A stretch of 63,684 nucleotides of DNA, filler included, from Thraustochytrium aureum (Eukaryota), in NCBI GenBank assembly GCA_012862495.1. It is 5 parts of 3 records of this genome, joined end to end, with 100 filler letters (N's around TTAATTAATTAA, not from the genome) between each part and the next. Parts side by side here need not be neighbours in the genome. Positions count along the whole stretch, not along the records: positions 34,801 to 41,568 come from BLSG01000302.1; positions 41,669 to 62,499 come from BLSG01000302.1; 3 more parts are not named here. One strand, written 5' to 3'. The notes beneath the pieces are model-generated. The model made no database searches. It saw only the letters and a program-made list of their open reading frames with translations, and was not told the DNA's origin. Positions within the stretch are counted from its first letter, which is position 1. Each line of letters begins with the position of its first letter. The translations under genes and the position numbers were made by a program. This document shows positions 37,510 through 49,250 of this stretch, in pieces.

Positions 37510-38476
37510 TAACGGCCGCGCCAGCAGCGCCTCCGCAGCCGAGCCAACGTTTTTCTTGCAATTTAGCCAACCGGCGCCTAACGTTGACCTCCGCCACTTC
37601 GTCAAACCGAACCTTGCCAAGAGAAATTAAATTGCGCAGTTCTGGCGGCCGCGGAGGCCGTGTCCCGCGATTCGCCAGCCGCAATCAGGACTCCGAGCTG
37701 TAACTCCAACATTGGTAACCAAGGAGGAACCTCCTTGCTTGCAGATAGTCCGGTCAAGTAGGAGGTACACAGGCACTTGGAAGCTGGCCATTCGCATTGT
37801 TGGCCACAGGAGGGAGGGCTGGCTTGAGGTACGGCTTCCGCCGGCAACGACAAGAACAGCCCTCCCTCCTCCTGAAAAGTCGGCGGTTTCGAGAGGACCG
37901 CGACCCTCCCGGCTCGAAACCCGAGCCGGGTCAACGGGCTGCGGCAGAGATGACGGGGCAGTGGGGCGTCGCCCACGTCTCGGTTGTCGGACATTCTGGC
38001 ACCGATGTGCGCTCGGATTGGCTGGCTGGAAAAGCAGCCCCGGCTTTCCCTGGCAGCACGGATGTCCCGCTAACGCTGTGGGCCTCACAACCTTGACGAG
38101 CAACCAGCTCCATTCCCTCCGGTAATGTGATGCTGTTGGTTCTCCAGGAGTGAGCTGCGTGCTTCTCGGTGCGCGGACCCCTGAACAACCTCGGCGATAT
38201 TCAAGCACTGTGTTCTCTATTGACTGTCTCAAGAGTTCCACCCGATCTCATTTCACCTCATCCGAGACGATTGGCGTGAGCGCTGGAGAAGGCTGGTCAT
38301 GTGGCGAGCGGATGTTGTTAGTGTTGTTGTTGCTGCTGTTGCGGCCGAGAGCCCGAGCAAACCAAAGTCGTCCAATCAACGAGTGCGGGAGAGCAATCCC
38401 TCAACGCCTGCGCGCAGCCACTGTTGCCCCCGAAACGTCCCCACGCATCCTTCAAGCGCACCCACAAGGCCTGTAC

Positions 38477-38694
38477 ATGCAACGGTGGCCCTCGACGTCC
38501 AACCCAGACCTCGGTTTGCTTAGCGCGCCGATGCGCGGGCCCACGGCACCAAGGCGTGGCTGGCATGATGCAGGTGGCGAGCAGGCGGCCAACACAGCCA
38601 CAGCGTCTTCAGCCGCACGAAATCGCCAGGAACAGACCCTTGACGAACAACACAACATCCACCGCCAACAACAACAACAACAACTGCTGCTGCA

Positions 38695-38725
<31 letters not shown>

Positions 38726-40198
38726 CAGCTGCGGCCTCTGCAATACCAGTCGCAGCTGCTGAACCAGCAACAGAAGCAGACAGCGCCGCCGGGGCTTTTC
38801 CCCGTGTCGTGGCCCGTGCAACAAACAGCCCAACTGCAGCAGCCTGCGAACGTGCCATTTCAGATGCCGTCCTACCTCAAACCGGCCCTGCAACACCACC
38901 AGTATACGCTGGCACCTCCGAGCATGGACAACCATCTACAGCAGCCAACATACAGGCCGCAGGGCTCGTTTCCACACGCACTTCAATCCAGGCAGCATGG
39001 CCAACTCGTAGGGAGTGCGTGGCCAGGATTCCAGCCGCACGTCTTCAGCATGTCACCGGATCACAACAAACAGCCCCACCGCAATTTCACCACCTACCAC
39101 AACCAATATACAAGCAGGGGGGCTCGTTTGCCCTGCCCGAGGCACAGCAATCTAGGCAGCAAGAGCAGGTGTCGGCGGGAAGCGCGGTGGCCGGGATTCC
39201 AGCCCCAGTTCCACAACATTCAACTCGAGCAGCTGCCACCGCAAATCAACGCCCTACAGCAGCAGCAGCAGCCACAATTGCTGATCAAGGAGCTGTCGGG
39301 CGGCGTTGTTCAAACGTGCGCCCTCCCCCAGCCCACCGTCGTTCTGGCTGATAGGGTTCCTCAAGCCCAAACAATCGGCGTCAACGCGACCAGTCTGGAA
39401 CCCAGCTCAACCCTGAGTAGCTTCGTAGGAAACTCTGGTGGCGTGGCGCCGACGGCGTTGATTGCCACTTCGATGAGCTTTCCGCCGCAGCCGCAGCAAG
39501 TTTTCATGATCACCAACCCAACAAATTTCGGGCAGCAGCAACACGGCGCAGTGGCGTTCTCCATGGGGCAGATGGGGTCAGGGCATGACGATTCCTGTCG
39601 TGCAGATGTTGCCCGGACGCGCAAACGAGGCTCCGCGCCCGATCGAGAAGAGGAGCAGGGACTACATCGTTCCCGGGTCGCTTCCCAAGCGGCGAAGACG
39701 CGCAAAATGGACAACTGCACCTCGAGTTTCCGCGGGGTTTCTTGGCACAAGCGCGACCGCCGCTGGATGGCGCGCATCTGGATCAAGGGCAAAATACGCA
39801 GCCTCGGCAACTACCTGAACGAGCGCAAGGCGGCGCTCGCCGTCGACCTCAAGCTCCTCGAGGTGTACGGCGAAGACGCGGAGCTTGCGCTCAACTTTCC
39901 CGACAAGGAGGTGCGTGCAAAGCTCGCACGCGGCGAGGGGCTCGGCCCCAACCGCGATCCAGAAGGCCGCGATCCAGAGCTAAGCGACCAGAACGAATCA
40001 GGGAGCGGCGTCGAATCCGGCAGCGCAAGTCGCTCGAAACCCGCTTCCGGTGCCTCGACGTGTACAAACTTTTCAGGAAAGGCGAGCGCACCTCCGGGTG
40101 GCAAACTCTCGGGCCGCCCGAGGCTTGCCCTGGACCTCGCGGAGGAAGACGGGGACTCGAGCGACCCGAGCGACCCCAGCAGCGCTGGGGAAGAGTAG
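38477..40198 (+). CDS. Glutamine-rich AP2-domain transcription factor (paralogue of 24478-25748); start uncertain
   Basis: TSSFRGVSWHKRDRRWMARIWIKGKIRSLGNYLNERKAALAVDLKLLEVYG...LNFPD, with a poly-Q N-terminal region. Confidence 0.88.
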
Positions 40199-40668
40199 AC
40201 CTGCTTTGGCCCGTACGCGACTGTGGCGCACGGCTCAGTTTTGCATCGACTCACCTCGCCTGGTCCGCGCAGCGCTTGCGACGGAAATGGGACAGGCGGC
40301 GTTGTATCTATAGGCTCACAATACGAAATACGTTCTCGTGCTGGCGGCTTTGCTTGCGGAGAGCAGGCAGAGCGAGCCGAGGGGTCTTACCGAATTGAGA
40401 CTTGCTTTGTTCATCGTGGCGAGNNNNNNNNNNNNNNNNNNNNNNNNNNNNNNNNNNNNNNNNNNNNNNNNNNNNNNNNNNNNNNNNNNNNNNNNNNNNN
40501 NNNNNNNNNNNNNNNNNNNNNNNNNNNNNNNNNNNNNNNNNNNNNNTTAGCTCTAGAGTAGATCGCTGTCCCTCCCTCTCTTTCTCTCTACTAGTAGGGA
40601 GAGTCTCAGAGAGAGCCGGCTCGAGGCGTCTACATTGCTCCAGGCGTCTACTACATTGCTCCAGGCGT

Positions 40669-41505
40669 CTACATCGAGTCCTCCAGCAGCTTTTCCTGCT
40701 CGATGTACTCGAGGTGCGTCGACTGGATGAGCTGGTACGTCTCCTCTGTCCCGCGCCATCCGCCCACCTTGGCCCACTTGTCCTTTTCGAGCTTTTTGTA
40801 CGTCTCGAAAAAGTTGGCAATCTCTGCGAGCTTGTGTTCGGCCAAGTCAGCGAACGACTTGATGTGGGAAAAGTTGGCGTCGTTCGACAGGACGCCCAGG
40901 ACCTTTTCGTCCATGCCCTTCTCGTCCTCCATGACCATGTACGCGATCGGCCTGGCCTTGACGATGCAGCCTGGCACCAGCGGCTGCGTGCCCATGACGA
41001 GGATGTCCAGCGGATCGCCGTCGCCGCACAGCGAGGAGGGGATGAACCCGTAGTCGTGCGGGTACTGTTCCGGGCGCCGCGCGCCGCGTTAGCCTGCGCC
41101 CGGCCCCCTTTTCGGTGCAACCGCGCTCGCCGGCACCAGACGCGACTTACGTGAACGGCCGAGTGCAGCACGCGGTCCAGCATGAGGCACCCAAACTCTT
41201 GGTCCCACTCGTACCTTGTCTCGCGGCGGCCGCTCTTCCGTCAGCCAGGCTCAAGCCAGCAGCAACCAGGCGACCAACCGGCTGCACCCGGCCAGCACTC
41301 ACTTGTTTCGCGACCCCGCGCTGACCTCGATAAACACGGGCACCTCGGCGGGCATGCCTTCTCCGAGCGGAAAGCTGTACGGGTCAAACGTGCCCGCGCT
41401 CCTCAGCTTGGCCGGCAGCGCGTCGATGCTCACCTTCCTGGACACGCTCCTCGCGAGCCACCCTTCGTCGCGCGTCTTCGCCTTCGCGTCGGCCATCGCC
41501 GCCAT
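40669..41505 (-). CDS. Soluble family I inorganic pyrophosphatase; exons 41505-41303, 41214-41151, 41064-40669
   Basis: FIEVSAGSRNK|YEWDQEFGCLMLDRVLHSAVH|YPHDYGFIPSSLCGDGDPLDILV...DEKGMDEK...FFETYKKLE. Both GT-AG introns (88 and 86 nt) are in phase. Confidence 0.95.
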
Positions 41506-41568
41506 CGTCCCAACGCAGCCACGCACCTGCGACTCGAAACCAACCAACCCCGAGCCCCGCAGCGCCTC

Positions 41569-41668
41569 NNNNNNNNNNNNNNNNNNNNNNNNNNNNNNNN
41601 NNNNNNNNNNNNTTAATTAATTAANNNNNNNNNNNNNNNNNNNNNNNNNNNNNNNNNNNNNNNNNNNN
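41569..41668. other. Artificial contig linker
   Basis: TTAATTAATTAA at 41613-41624 flanked by Ns. Confidence 0.95.
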
Positions 41669-43339
41669 TGCCCTCCAGACGCGCCGAGCGCGAGCGGCGC
41701 GAGCGGCGCAGGCGAATCCAACGCCAGCAGCTCGAGCTCGATATGATGCGTCAGTTACCCGCTGACAAGCTGCTGGCCTGGGAGACTCAGCGCTCTTCGC
41801 GTGCCGCGAACAAGATTCAGTCTGCATGGCGGTCAAGACGAACACTCGGCGCTCCTTCCCCGCGCCAGCGTGTCGTTGGCGCCCGCCGCCGCAAGGGCCA
41901 CGCTCAACGTGCGACAGGGGCGTCCAGATGGGAACGAGCGCCAAGGGGCTGACGTATGGGTGGACTGGGACGACGGTGACATCCCCGGTCTGCACCAGCG
42001 AGGGCAGCGCGCGAGGCCGCAGCCGGACCGCGCACTTCGGATGCGAGCGAGGAGGCAGATGTCGAGACCGACGTGGAGGACAATGAAGGCGCAAGCAAAA
42101 CGGCTCGAAGCGCTGTTCGATGAGCTGACGAAGGATGCTTACAACGAACTGGAATCTACAGATCATTTTGCAGCCCACGAGATTTTTCAGCACCTGATCG
42201 AGCAGAGCAAGAATGTTGCATCGCGATGGGCGCAGTTCGAGCGGGAGATTGCCGTGGCGGACGCCGCCGCCCAAGACAGGGCACGCCGCGCTCGCAAATT
42301 AGAGCGTCTCTCAGACCAGCTCGAGATGCTCAGCAAGCCGCTGTCAAGCTACAGGGAAGAAGAGAAGCCGACGGGGCAATTGGATGGTGACGCCGCTGGC
42401 GGGACAGAGAACGAGGACCAGCAGGGCGGCTCGAAATCTCTTGCCACAGAACCTGAGCGCAAAGTTGATGGAAGGCAGGCCTGGCCACTTCCGCGAAACG
42501 GCCGCCTCCTTGACCAGGCGCGCCAGCAGTACAAAGCAAGCGTTGAAGCAATGCGGCCCGGCAAAGACTGGTGGCGCGTCCGACTTGGCCACGAGGAACG
42601 GGATCTGCGAACGCTCAAGGCCTCACGGCCGCCATGGCCCTACCCTTGCGCCACGGACGAGAACGTCGATTCCGAGGAGCGCGCGATCTCGCGCTGGTGG
42701 ATTGCGTATGCGAGCGGCAACCCAGCATGCGCAGACGCGATAATTGACAGCTCGTACAGCGGAGACGCCGCTTCCGAGGTGTTTGATGATGTCATGCGCC
42801 GCGAGCGGGACCGGATCGTGCTGGAGACCGAACAGCGGCTCAAGGCGCAGGAGAGCCCGCTTCTTGTGGCAGCGCTAAGTTGCCCCTCTCACCGGCTGCA
42901 TAGATTGAGGGTGATTCTGGACAAGACGAGCGCGCACGGGTCGCCGCGGCAGGGTGTTGCGCTGCGCGGATCGCCTCGGCTGGAGTCGCCGCCACATCGC
43001 AGCTCGCCGCGCGGCGCTTCACCAGTTGGGAGGTCGCGCTCTCCTGCGGCGAGCCCGGGCGGGGCGCGGCACCGGGACAGCGACGAAGCCGTTGAGGTCC
43101 GGCAAGCGGCGAGAGGCAAGCGAACGAAACGCAAAGGCAAGAGCCGCAGGAAGGAGCAGGCTATGTCGATGCACATCGAGGCGCTAGAGGAGCAAGTTGC
43201 CGTTCTGCGCGCAAACTTGGCGCGCAAGGAGCTGGAGCGACTCAAATTAGGTGCAGGAGAGGTCTCCGAAATTGCCAGGCCTGCCTTGGACGCGGAGAAC
43301 GCGGACAGCAGCAACCAGGGCGATGCCGGGGCAAGCTGA
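41669..43339 (+). CDS. IQ-motif protein resembling the C-terminal half of IQCB1/NPHP5; 5'-truncated, frameshift near 41870-41940
   Basis: RQQLELDMMRQLPADKL...AANKIQSAWRSRR (IQ motif), then ...LERLSDQLEMLSKPL...LDQARQQYKASVEAM...WWRVRLG. The order parallels IQCB1 as I recall it. Confidence 0.65.
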
Positions 43340-43423
43340 GGTGATTTGGTGATCAGAACTTGTGCAGCGGCATGTATACGACAATCCATAGTTGCTAATT
43401 TCTACTCGAGTCGGCGGTTCCAG

Positions 43424-44836
43424 TCAGTTGTTGTCCTCGACCTCATCCTCATCCTCATCCTCGTCGTCGCTCTCCTCGATGTCGTCAAGAGTGTAGAACG
43501 TATCGGTGAGGGTGAGCGCGTCGAGGGGAATCGTGGACGGGCCAGCTGATCTGATTAAGCGTTGACGGCTGCGTCTTTGTTCGTTCGCACCGTCGGGCAG
43601 TTCGCGCTTCTGGCGGCAATACTCGCACGATTTGGAAGAGTGCGCGCGACTGAGAAGGACTTCAATGTCGTCAGCGTGCCAGTCCCGAAGCGAGTACAGT
43701 ACCCCTCCGCCTTCAGATTCATCGATTAAAGCTTCAACGAGACCCTCCCCTGTGAAACCTTTCTGGTGCACCGTGAGAAGCTCGTGCAGCATGGTCAACT
43801 TCCTGACCGTGTATTGGGTTCGTGCGTGGCGCAGGTAGTTGCTCCACTCGGCCCCGGACGCATCGACTGGGGCGCGCTCGATTCCCCAGGAGCTGCAGGT
43901 GTGGCAGTCGCACGTGGTGAGAACTGCAAATTCGACCTCGGCCACGCTGAAGATCTCCTCCACTCGTTTGGCAACGAGGTGAATCTGGCTGCCGAGCTCC
44001 TCGTGGACGGCAACGAGGGCTTCAGAGATTCGGTTGCGCGACGCCGTGGGCCAGTTCCAAAGCCGTTTGACGGATGCTCTCACCTTGCCGTTCTTGTGCT
44101 GTACCAAGGAAACCTGCCGTTCAATCTCCTCAGCAAAGCGCTGCGCCTCTGCATCGTAGGGGGCGAACTCGCCAATGAGGGCGAGCAGCTTCTGCACGAT
44201 GCCAACACGCAGGTCTACGTCGGGGCGATCGACCACCCACATGATTGCGCGCCCTGTCTTGCGCTCCCCCAGGATGTTCCAAAGGCGTTGTTTCAGGCCT
44301 GGCCATTCGGTCCGCTTGAAGTTGTCCTCGATTGACTTCAACGTGAGGTTTGCTTGATATGTATCCCAGGAGCGCCCCGAGTTGAGCAGGTTGATGTGGG
44401 ACATCGCGTACCTTGTCTCGTCGAGATCGAAAGTGACCTTCGTTTTTCTTGGCGATACAGGTTCAGAATCTTTCCCAGACTCTGAACGGGCCGCCGACGG
44501 ATTTCTGGAGACGACAGGGTTTCGCTCGTCGCTGGGAAACTGGGGCCCAGGGCCGACTTGGGTGCTGCAACAGTTCGTTGACCGGCTGGGCGAAGACTCG
44601 GCCCATGGCTCGATGGCACATCGGCGTTCGGGGCTCTGCGCTCCGTCACCAACGCCGGGATCTGCTCCAAGCGAGACTTGTTCAGGGTCATCCGCAGACG
44701 GGCTCATCAAGCTAGCAACCTCCGCGAAATCAGCTGTGGAGATCCCTTGCGCTCCGTCCCTGATGTCGGGGCTCGACGGCGCGCTTTCCGCTTCGCCACT
44801 GCCTCCTCGCCACACCCGCTCTCCGCTTGGTCCCAC
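43424..44836 (-). CDS. Uncharacterised family member A (putative Zn-binding helical domain, acidic tail); start uncertain
   Basis: 470-codon ORF homologous to the two neighbours, with CDCHTC and H-x4-CEYC motifs. Confidence 0.8.
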   Translation of the reverse strand: MGPSGERVWRGGSGEAESAPSSPDIRDGAQGISTADFAEVASLMSPSADDPEQVSLGADPGVGDGAQSPERRCAIEPWAESSPSRSTNCCSTQVGPGPQFPSDERNPVVSRNPSAARSESGKDSEPVSPRKTKVTFDLDETRYAMSHINLLNSGRSWDTYQANLTLKSIEDNFKRTEWPGLKQRLWNILGERKTGRAIMWVVDRPDVDLRVGIVQKLLALIGEFAPYDAEAQRFAEEIERQVSLVQHKNGKVRASVKRLWNWPTASRNRISEALVAVHEELGSQIHLVAKRVEEIFSVAEVEFAVLTTCDCHTCSSWGIERAPVDASGAEWSNYLRHARTQYTVRKLTMLHELLTVHQKGFTGEGLVEALIDESEGGGVLYSLRDWHADDIEVLLSRAHSSKSCEYCRQKRELPDGANEQRRSRQRLIRSAGPSTIPLDALTLTDTFYTLDDIEESDDEDEDEDEVEDNN

Positions 44837-45808
44837 GGGTTGAACCCCATGGCCCTCGAGTAGTCGATCATCAAGCCATGCGATCCAGCGCTGCGCGTCG
44901 TGTGCGACAGCTCGAGCTCATGACCCCAGCACGGGGTTTCCGACATCTCGACTTGGGCTGAGCGCTGCCGCCTGTTGCCCACGTGCTCGACCGGAGTCTT
45001 GTGCTGCTCCTGCTCGCTGCTGTTGTCTTGTCGTCAGATTCAGGACTGCCTGGACGCGTCTTGGCGCCCCGCGTGAGGTCCAGATGCCTCGCGAGCGTCG
45101 TCGAGCAGGGACAGTCATCACTCGGCGCACGGCGTGGAAGCCAGAGTCACTCGCGTTGCGGCGAGTCCCTTGCATGCGAGTCACTGCTCGTGGGACGAGT
45201 GCGGCATCCTGCGTCAGGGAGCCGGGACGTCGGCAATTCATCCCGAAGCGTAAAATTGGCCTAGATGCGCGCGAGAAACACTGGCAAACTGCCGCGCAGC
45301 AAGGGTGCGCGTGCGGCAGTGTGCGGGCTCGGGGGTGCACACCGTCCTCCCGCTCTCAGCCTCTGGAGTTGGAGGAGGGCTGGGAGGCAGAGTTCGGCGC
45401 AGCACAGCCCGAGCATGATGGTCTTGAGAAGTGAGAAGTAATCCAATCATCCAAATCCATGACCTGCGTGCGCCTCCGCAGTCGCGCTGAATGCTCGTCA
45501 GGGAGTGAGGCTGACTCGGACGCTCGAGAGGACGCAGACCTGCCCACCATGGCTGAGGAGAGCCTGAGGCGCCGAATCGTTGTCCGCAAGCGCGCCTTCT
45601 CATGATTTGCATTTCAAGATCGATGAGCATGAGCCAAACATGACGTTGTGGATTTCCGACCCTGCAAGCGTCGCGGCATCGAATTGAGCGAGACCGGTGC
45701 AGCTCGGCGTGGAAGGAAGTAACGTCGAGGCCTACCTAGCGTGCAGGGAGGCGTGGTTGAGCTGCTGCAAAGGCTCTGGCAAGGAGGGTTGGAGGCGAAC
45801 GATCACAG

Positions 45809-46984
45809 TTAGATTGCGATAAAAGTGCTCGTACTCGAGCTTTCTCGGCGAGTCCCTTCACTGCTTCTCCTGCAAACCGCGCACGGCTTGGAGGGGTGCG
45901 CGCGACTGAGAAGGACTTCAATGTCGGCAGCCGAGCAGTCCCGAAGCGGGTGCAGTGCTCCTCCGCCTTCAGAGTCGTAGGTCAAAGCTTCAACGAGACC
46001 CTGCCCCGTAAAGCCGCGCTGGTGCAACGTGATGAGCTCGTGTAGCATGCTCAACTTCTTGACCGTGTACTGGGTTTGCGCGAGGTGCACGTATTTGCTC
46101 CACTCGGCCCCGGACGCATCGACTGCGGCGCGCTTGATTCCCCAGGAGCGGCAGGTCTGGCAATCGCAGGTGGTGAGAACCACGAACTCGACCTCGGCCA
46201 CGCTGAACAGCTCCTCCACTCGCTTGGCAACAAGGTGAAACCGGCTGCCGAGCTCTTTGTGTATGGCAACGAGGGCTTGAGACACTCGGTTGCGCGACGC
46301 CGTGGGCCAGTTCCAAAGCCGTTCGACGGACACCTTCACCATGCCGCTCCTGTTTCGTTGCAAGGTGACTTGCCGATTAAACTCCTCAGCAAAGCGCTGC
46401 GCCTCTACATCGTAGGGTGCGAACTTGCCAATGAGGGCGAGCAACTTCTGCGCGATGCCAACACGCAGGTCTACGTCGGGGCGATCGACCACCCACGTGT
46501 TTGCGCGCCCTGTCTTGCGCTCCCCCAGGATGTTCCAAAGCCGTTGTTTCAGGCCTGGCCATTCTGTGCGCTTGTACTCGTCCTTGATTGAGTTAGTCGT
46601 GACGGCGTCTTCAAACATTTTCCAGTTGCGCCCTTTATTAGTGTAGCTGAGCAGGCGGATGTGGGACATTGCGTACCTCGTCTCGTCCAGATCGAAATTG
46701 ACCTTCGGCCTGGCCGCGGCTGGCTCAGCGCCTTGCAGAGCAGAAGAGCCTTGCGATAGACTTGGACGCGAGATTTTNNNNNNNNNNNNNNNNNNNNNNN
46801 NNNNNNNNNNNNNNNNNNNNNNNNNNNNNNNNNNNNNNNNNNNNNNNNNNNNNNNNNNNNNNNNNNNNNNNNNNNNNNNNNNNNNNNNNNNNNNNNNNNN
46901 NNNNNNNNNNNNNNNNNNNNNNNNNNNNNNNNNNNNNNNNNCTTCCCCCTCGGCTACACCAACCAGGGCGCGCATGTCCGGCAT
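45809..46984 (-). CDS. Uncharacterised family member B (close paralogue of A, no acidic tail); spans an N gap
   Basis: Shares KRTEWPGLKQRLWNILGERKTGRA and RLWNWPTASRNR with A, plus CDCQTC and H-x4-CAVC. Confidence 0.78.
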   Translation of the reverse strand: MPDMRALVGVAEGEXXXXXXXXXXXXXXXXXXXXXXXXXXXXXXXXXXXXXXXXXXXXXXXXXXXXXXXKISRPSLSQGSSALQGAEPAAARPKVNFDLDETRYAMSHIRLLSYTNKGRNWKMFEDAVTTNSIKDEYKRTEWPGLKQRLWNILGERKTGRANTWVVDRPDVDLRVGIAQKLLALIGKFAPYDVEAQRFAEEFNRQVTLQRNRSGMVKVSVERLWNWPTASRNRVSQALVAIHKELGSRFHLVAKRVEELFSVAEVEFVVLTTCDCQTCRSWGIKRAAVDASGAEWSKYVHLAQTQYTVKKLSMLHELITLHQRGFTGQGLVEALTYDSEGGGALHPLRDCSAADIEVLLSRAHPSKPCAVCRRSSEGTRRESSSTSTFIAI

Positions 46985-47514
46985 GGCTAGGATGCTGCTG
47001 AGCTGGAACACCGCGTGCGTGGTCTTGATCTTTACCTTTCTGGCCGCCCTATTGCTGCCACTTGCTGCACCTGTCTGGTTTCGCGATTGCTGCTGTCTCC
47101 CCGCCCGCACGACGTTGCTGCATCATCGGCCAGCAACTGGCTTCTCAAGTGACCATGGTCGCGAGTCGTGACCATCGTCGTGACCGAGGTCGCTCCACCT
47201 TGCCAAGTCCGCCTCGGTCACAGGCCTCACACTCTTCGCTTTTCCTTGATCAATCAAAAGAGGAAGAGACGCCAAGGCGGTCACTCATCACGGATCAGAC
47301 CAGCGCAACGCCTCGCTGGTTTGCTTGCGTTCAGCCCGCACGTGCCCGCCAAGCTCTCCGCTGTGCGCACGCGGATGGGACGGACGCTGCCGCCACTGTC
47401 AGCGACGCACAAAGGGCAGCTGCCCCCCGCAGAGCGGAACGAACGAGCGCGCGAGAAGTTCAGGCGGGACGCGTTGGGTTGGAGGACGAGTGCTACATGC
47501 TAAATTTGATTTGT

Positions 47515-49095
47515 CTATACACTTTCAGAGCCGCTGCCGCTCTCCTCCTCCACCTCCTCCTCGTCCTCCTCGTCCTCGTCGTCCTCGTCGTCACTCAAGC
47601 CCAGAGCGGTCAGCTCGTCAAGCGTGGGGACTTTGGTCCTTTGGGAAACGCTGATCCTTGGGGAATCTTGCAGCGACAGCGCTGCGAGGGAGTCGCTATC
47701 CGGCTGGGACTGCGCGCAACGAACGATGCGCTGGCGCCTTCGAGGGGTCGTCCCTTCAGCATCGCCACGGCGCCGAAGCGCGTCCATGCAGATTTTGCAC
47801 CTCCTCTCGTGATGCGCTCCTTTCAAAACGTCCTCGATGTCAATTGCGCTCCAGTCACGCATCGGGTACAGCGCCTCCCCCAACTCGGACCCTATGTCGC
47901 ACTCGTTTCGCACCGCCTCGGCAAGTTTTTCTTCAAAATAGCCGTACGCATGCAACTTGTTGAGCGCGCAGAGCATCGTCACCTTCTTCTTTGTGAAGTC
48001 GGTCTGTGCCCTGCAAAGGTATGTGTTGTACTTGTCCCCGGGCTCGTACCGCTCGATTTCCCAGTGGCTGCAGACGTCACACGAGCAAGCGGTGAGGATG
48101 GCAAACTCGATCTCGGCCACATCAAACAATTCGCCAATCTGCTCCCGAATTCGGTTGAAATGGTTGCCGAACTGCGGATTCTCGTGCAAGCCCATGAGCG
48201 TCTCGGTGACCTTGGACCTAATTGCATCCGGCCAATTCCACAGACGCTCGCGCGAGAAGCTTATCCTTGGCCTTGGGGGCTGGCTTTGTCTGTCCATCTG
48301 CGCAAAGATCTCGCTCGTAATCTCGTCCCGCAGCTCGTCCGAAAAGGCGGGCGCGCGGTCCGATGAGATGACCTCGCTCACGGACTTGCGCAAAGCGGAC
48401 TCTGACGAGTCCGCTTGCCAACTCTTCAAGATCCTGTCGAACATTGCCTTGTTTCGCCCTTTCGTCCGCTCGCCCATCAGGTTCCACAACTTCTGCTTGA
48501 GCCCCCCCCACGACGTGCGCGAGTGATTTTCCTTTACGGACTTGGCCTCGAGCTTAACTTTGAGATCCTTCCAGCGGCGCCCCTTCCCGTCGAATGTGAG
48601 AAGATTGATGCTTAACATCATGTAGATCATGTCTCTCAGGTTCCCACTCGTCCCTGGCCGTGGTGGTTGCGGCCGCAGGCCCGTCGTACCTGGCCGTGAT
48701 GGTTGCGGCCGCGGGCGGAATCGGCCCGGGTTCGCTCGAGGCATCGTCGATTGTGTAGATTGTAGAGTCATCGCCGGGCGTACACGGGCCGGTGAATGAG
48801 GCGTCGTCGGTCGTGTGAAGGAAAGCGCGTGGCGTCCCGGGTTCGCTGCTCGAGGCGTCGTAGTACACGGGCGTCATGGGGCTGGTGTAGCTCGAGGCCT
48901 CCACAAAAGCCTCGTCGTCAGAAACAGTCGTGACCTGTGCGGAAGCAGCAGCGCCGCCGAGGCCTGAGCTCGCCGAGCTCCCCGAGGCCTCGCTAGAATT
49001 GCTGCTCGCCAGGCAGTCGAACGCCGGGTTGAGCTTCTCCTCCACGACGTCGGTGAGGGCTTGGAGGGAAAAGGGGTGACGTCGGAGCTCTCCAT
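47515..49095 (-). CDS. Uncharacterised family member C (diverged paralogue); two apparent frameshifts in the disordered N-terminus (near 49065 and 48720)
   Basis: WGGLKQKLWNLMGER, ERLWNWP, VAEIEFAILTACSCDVC, LYPMRDW...DIE, H-x4-CKIC, and an acidic tail. Confidence 0.8.
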
Positions 49096-49165
49096 CCTGT
49101 CGAGGCTGCTGTCTCTCGCTGAGCGTGTGATCGTCCTATTGCTTGCTGGCTGCTTGTGCTGCGTC

Positions 49166-49250
49166 GGGTGTCTGGCGAGCTCGTGCTGTCGCTCGGCGTT
49201 GGGTGTCTGGCGAGCTCGTGCTGCTGCTCGGGGTTGGGTATCTGGCGAGC
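49166..49250. repeat. 35-bp imperfect tandem repeat (about 2.5 copies) upstream of family member C
   Basis: GGGTRTCTGGCGAGC at 49166, 49201 and 49236. Confidence 0.85.

Noticed and set aside
40620..40675. 18-21-bp duplications around the pyrophosphatase stop codon
   Set aside because: Ordinary local slippage duplication with no sign of function.
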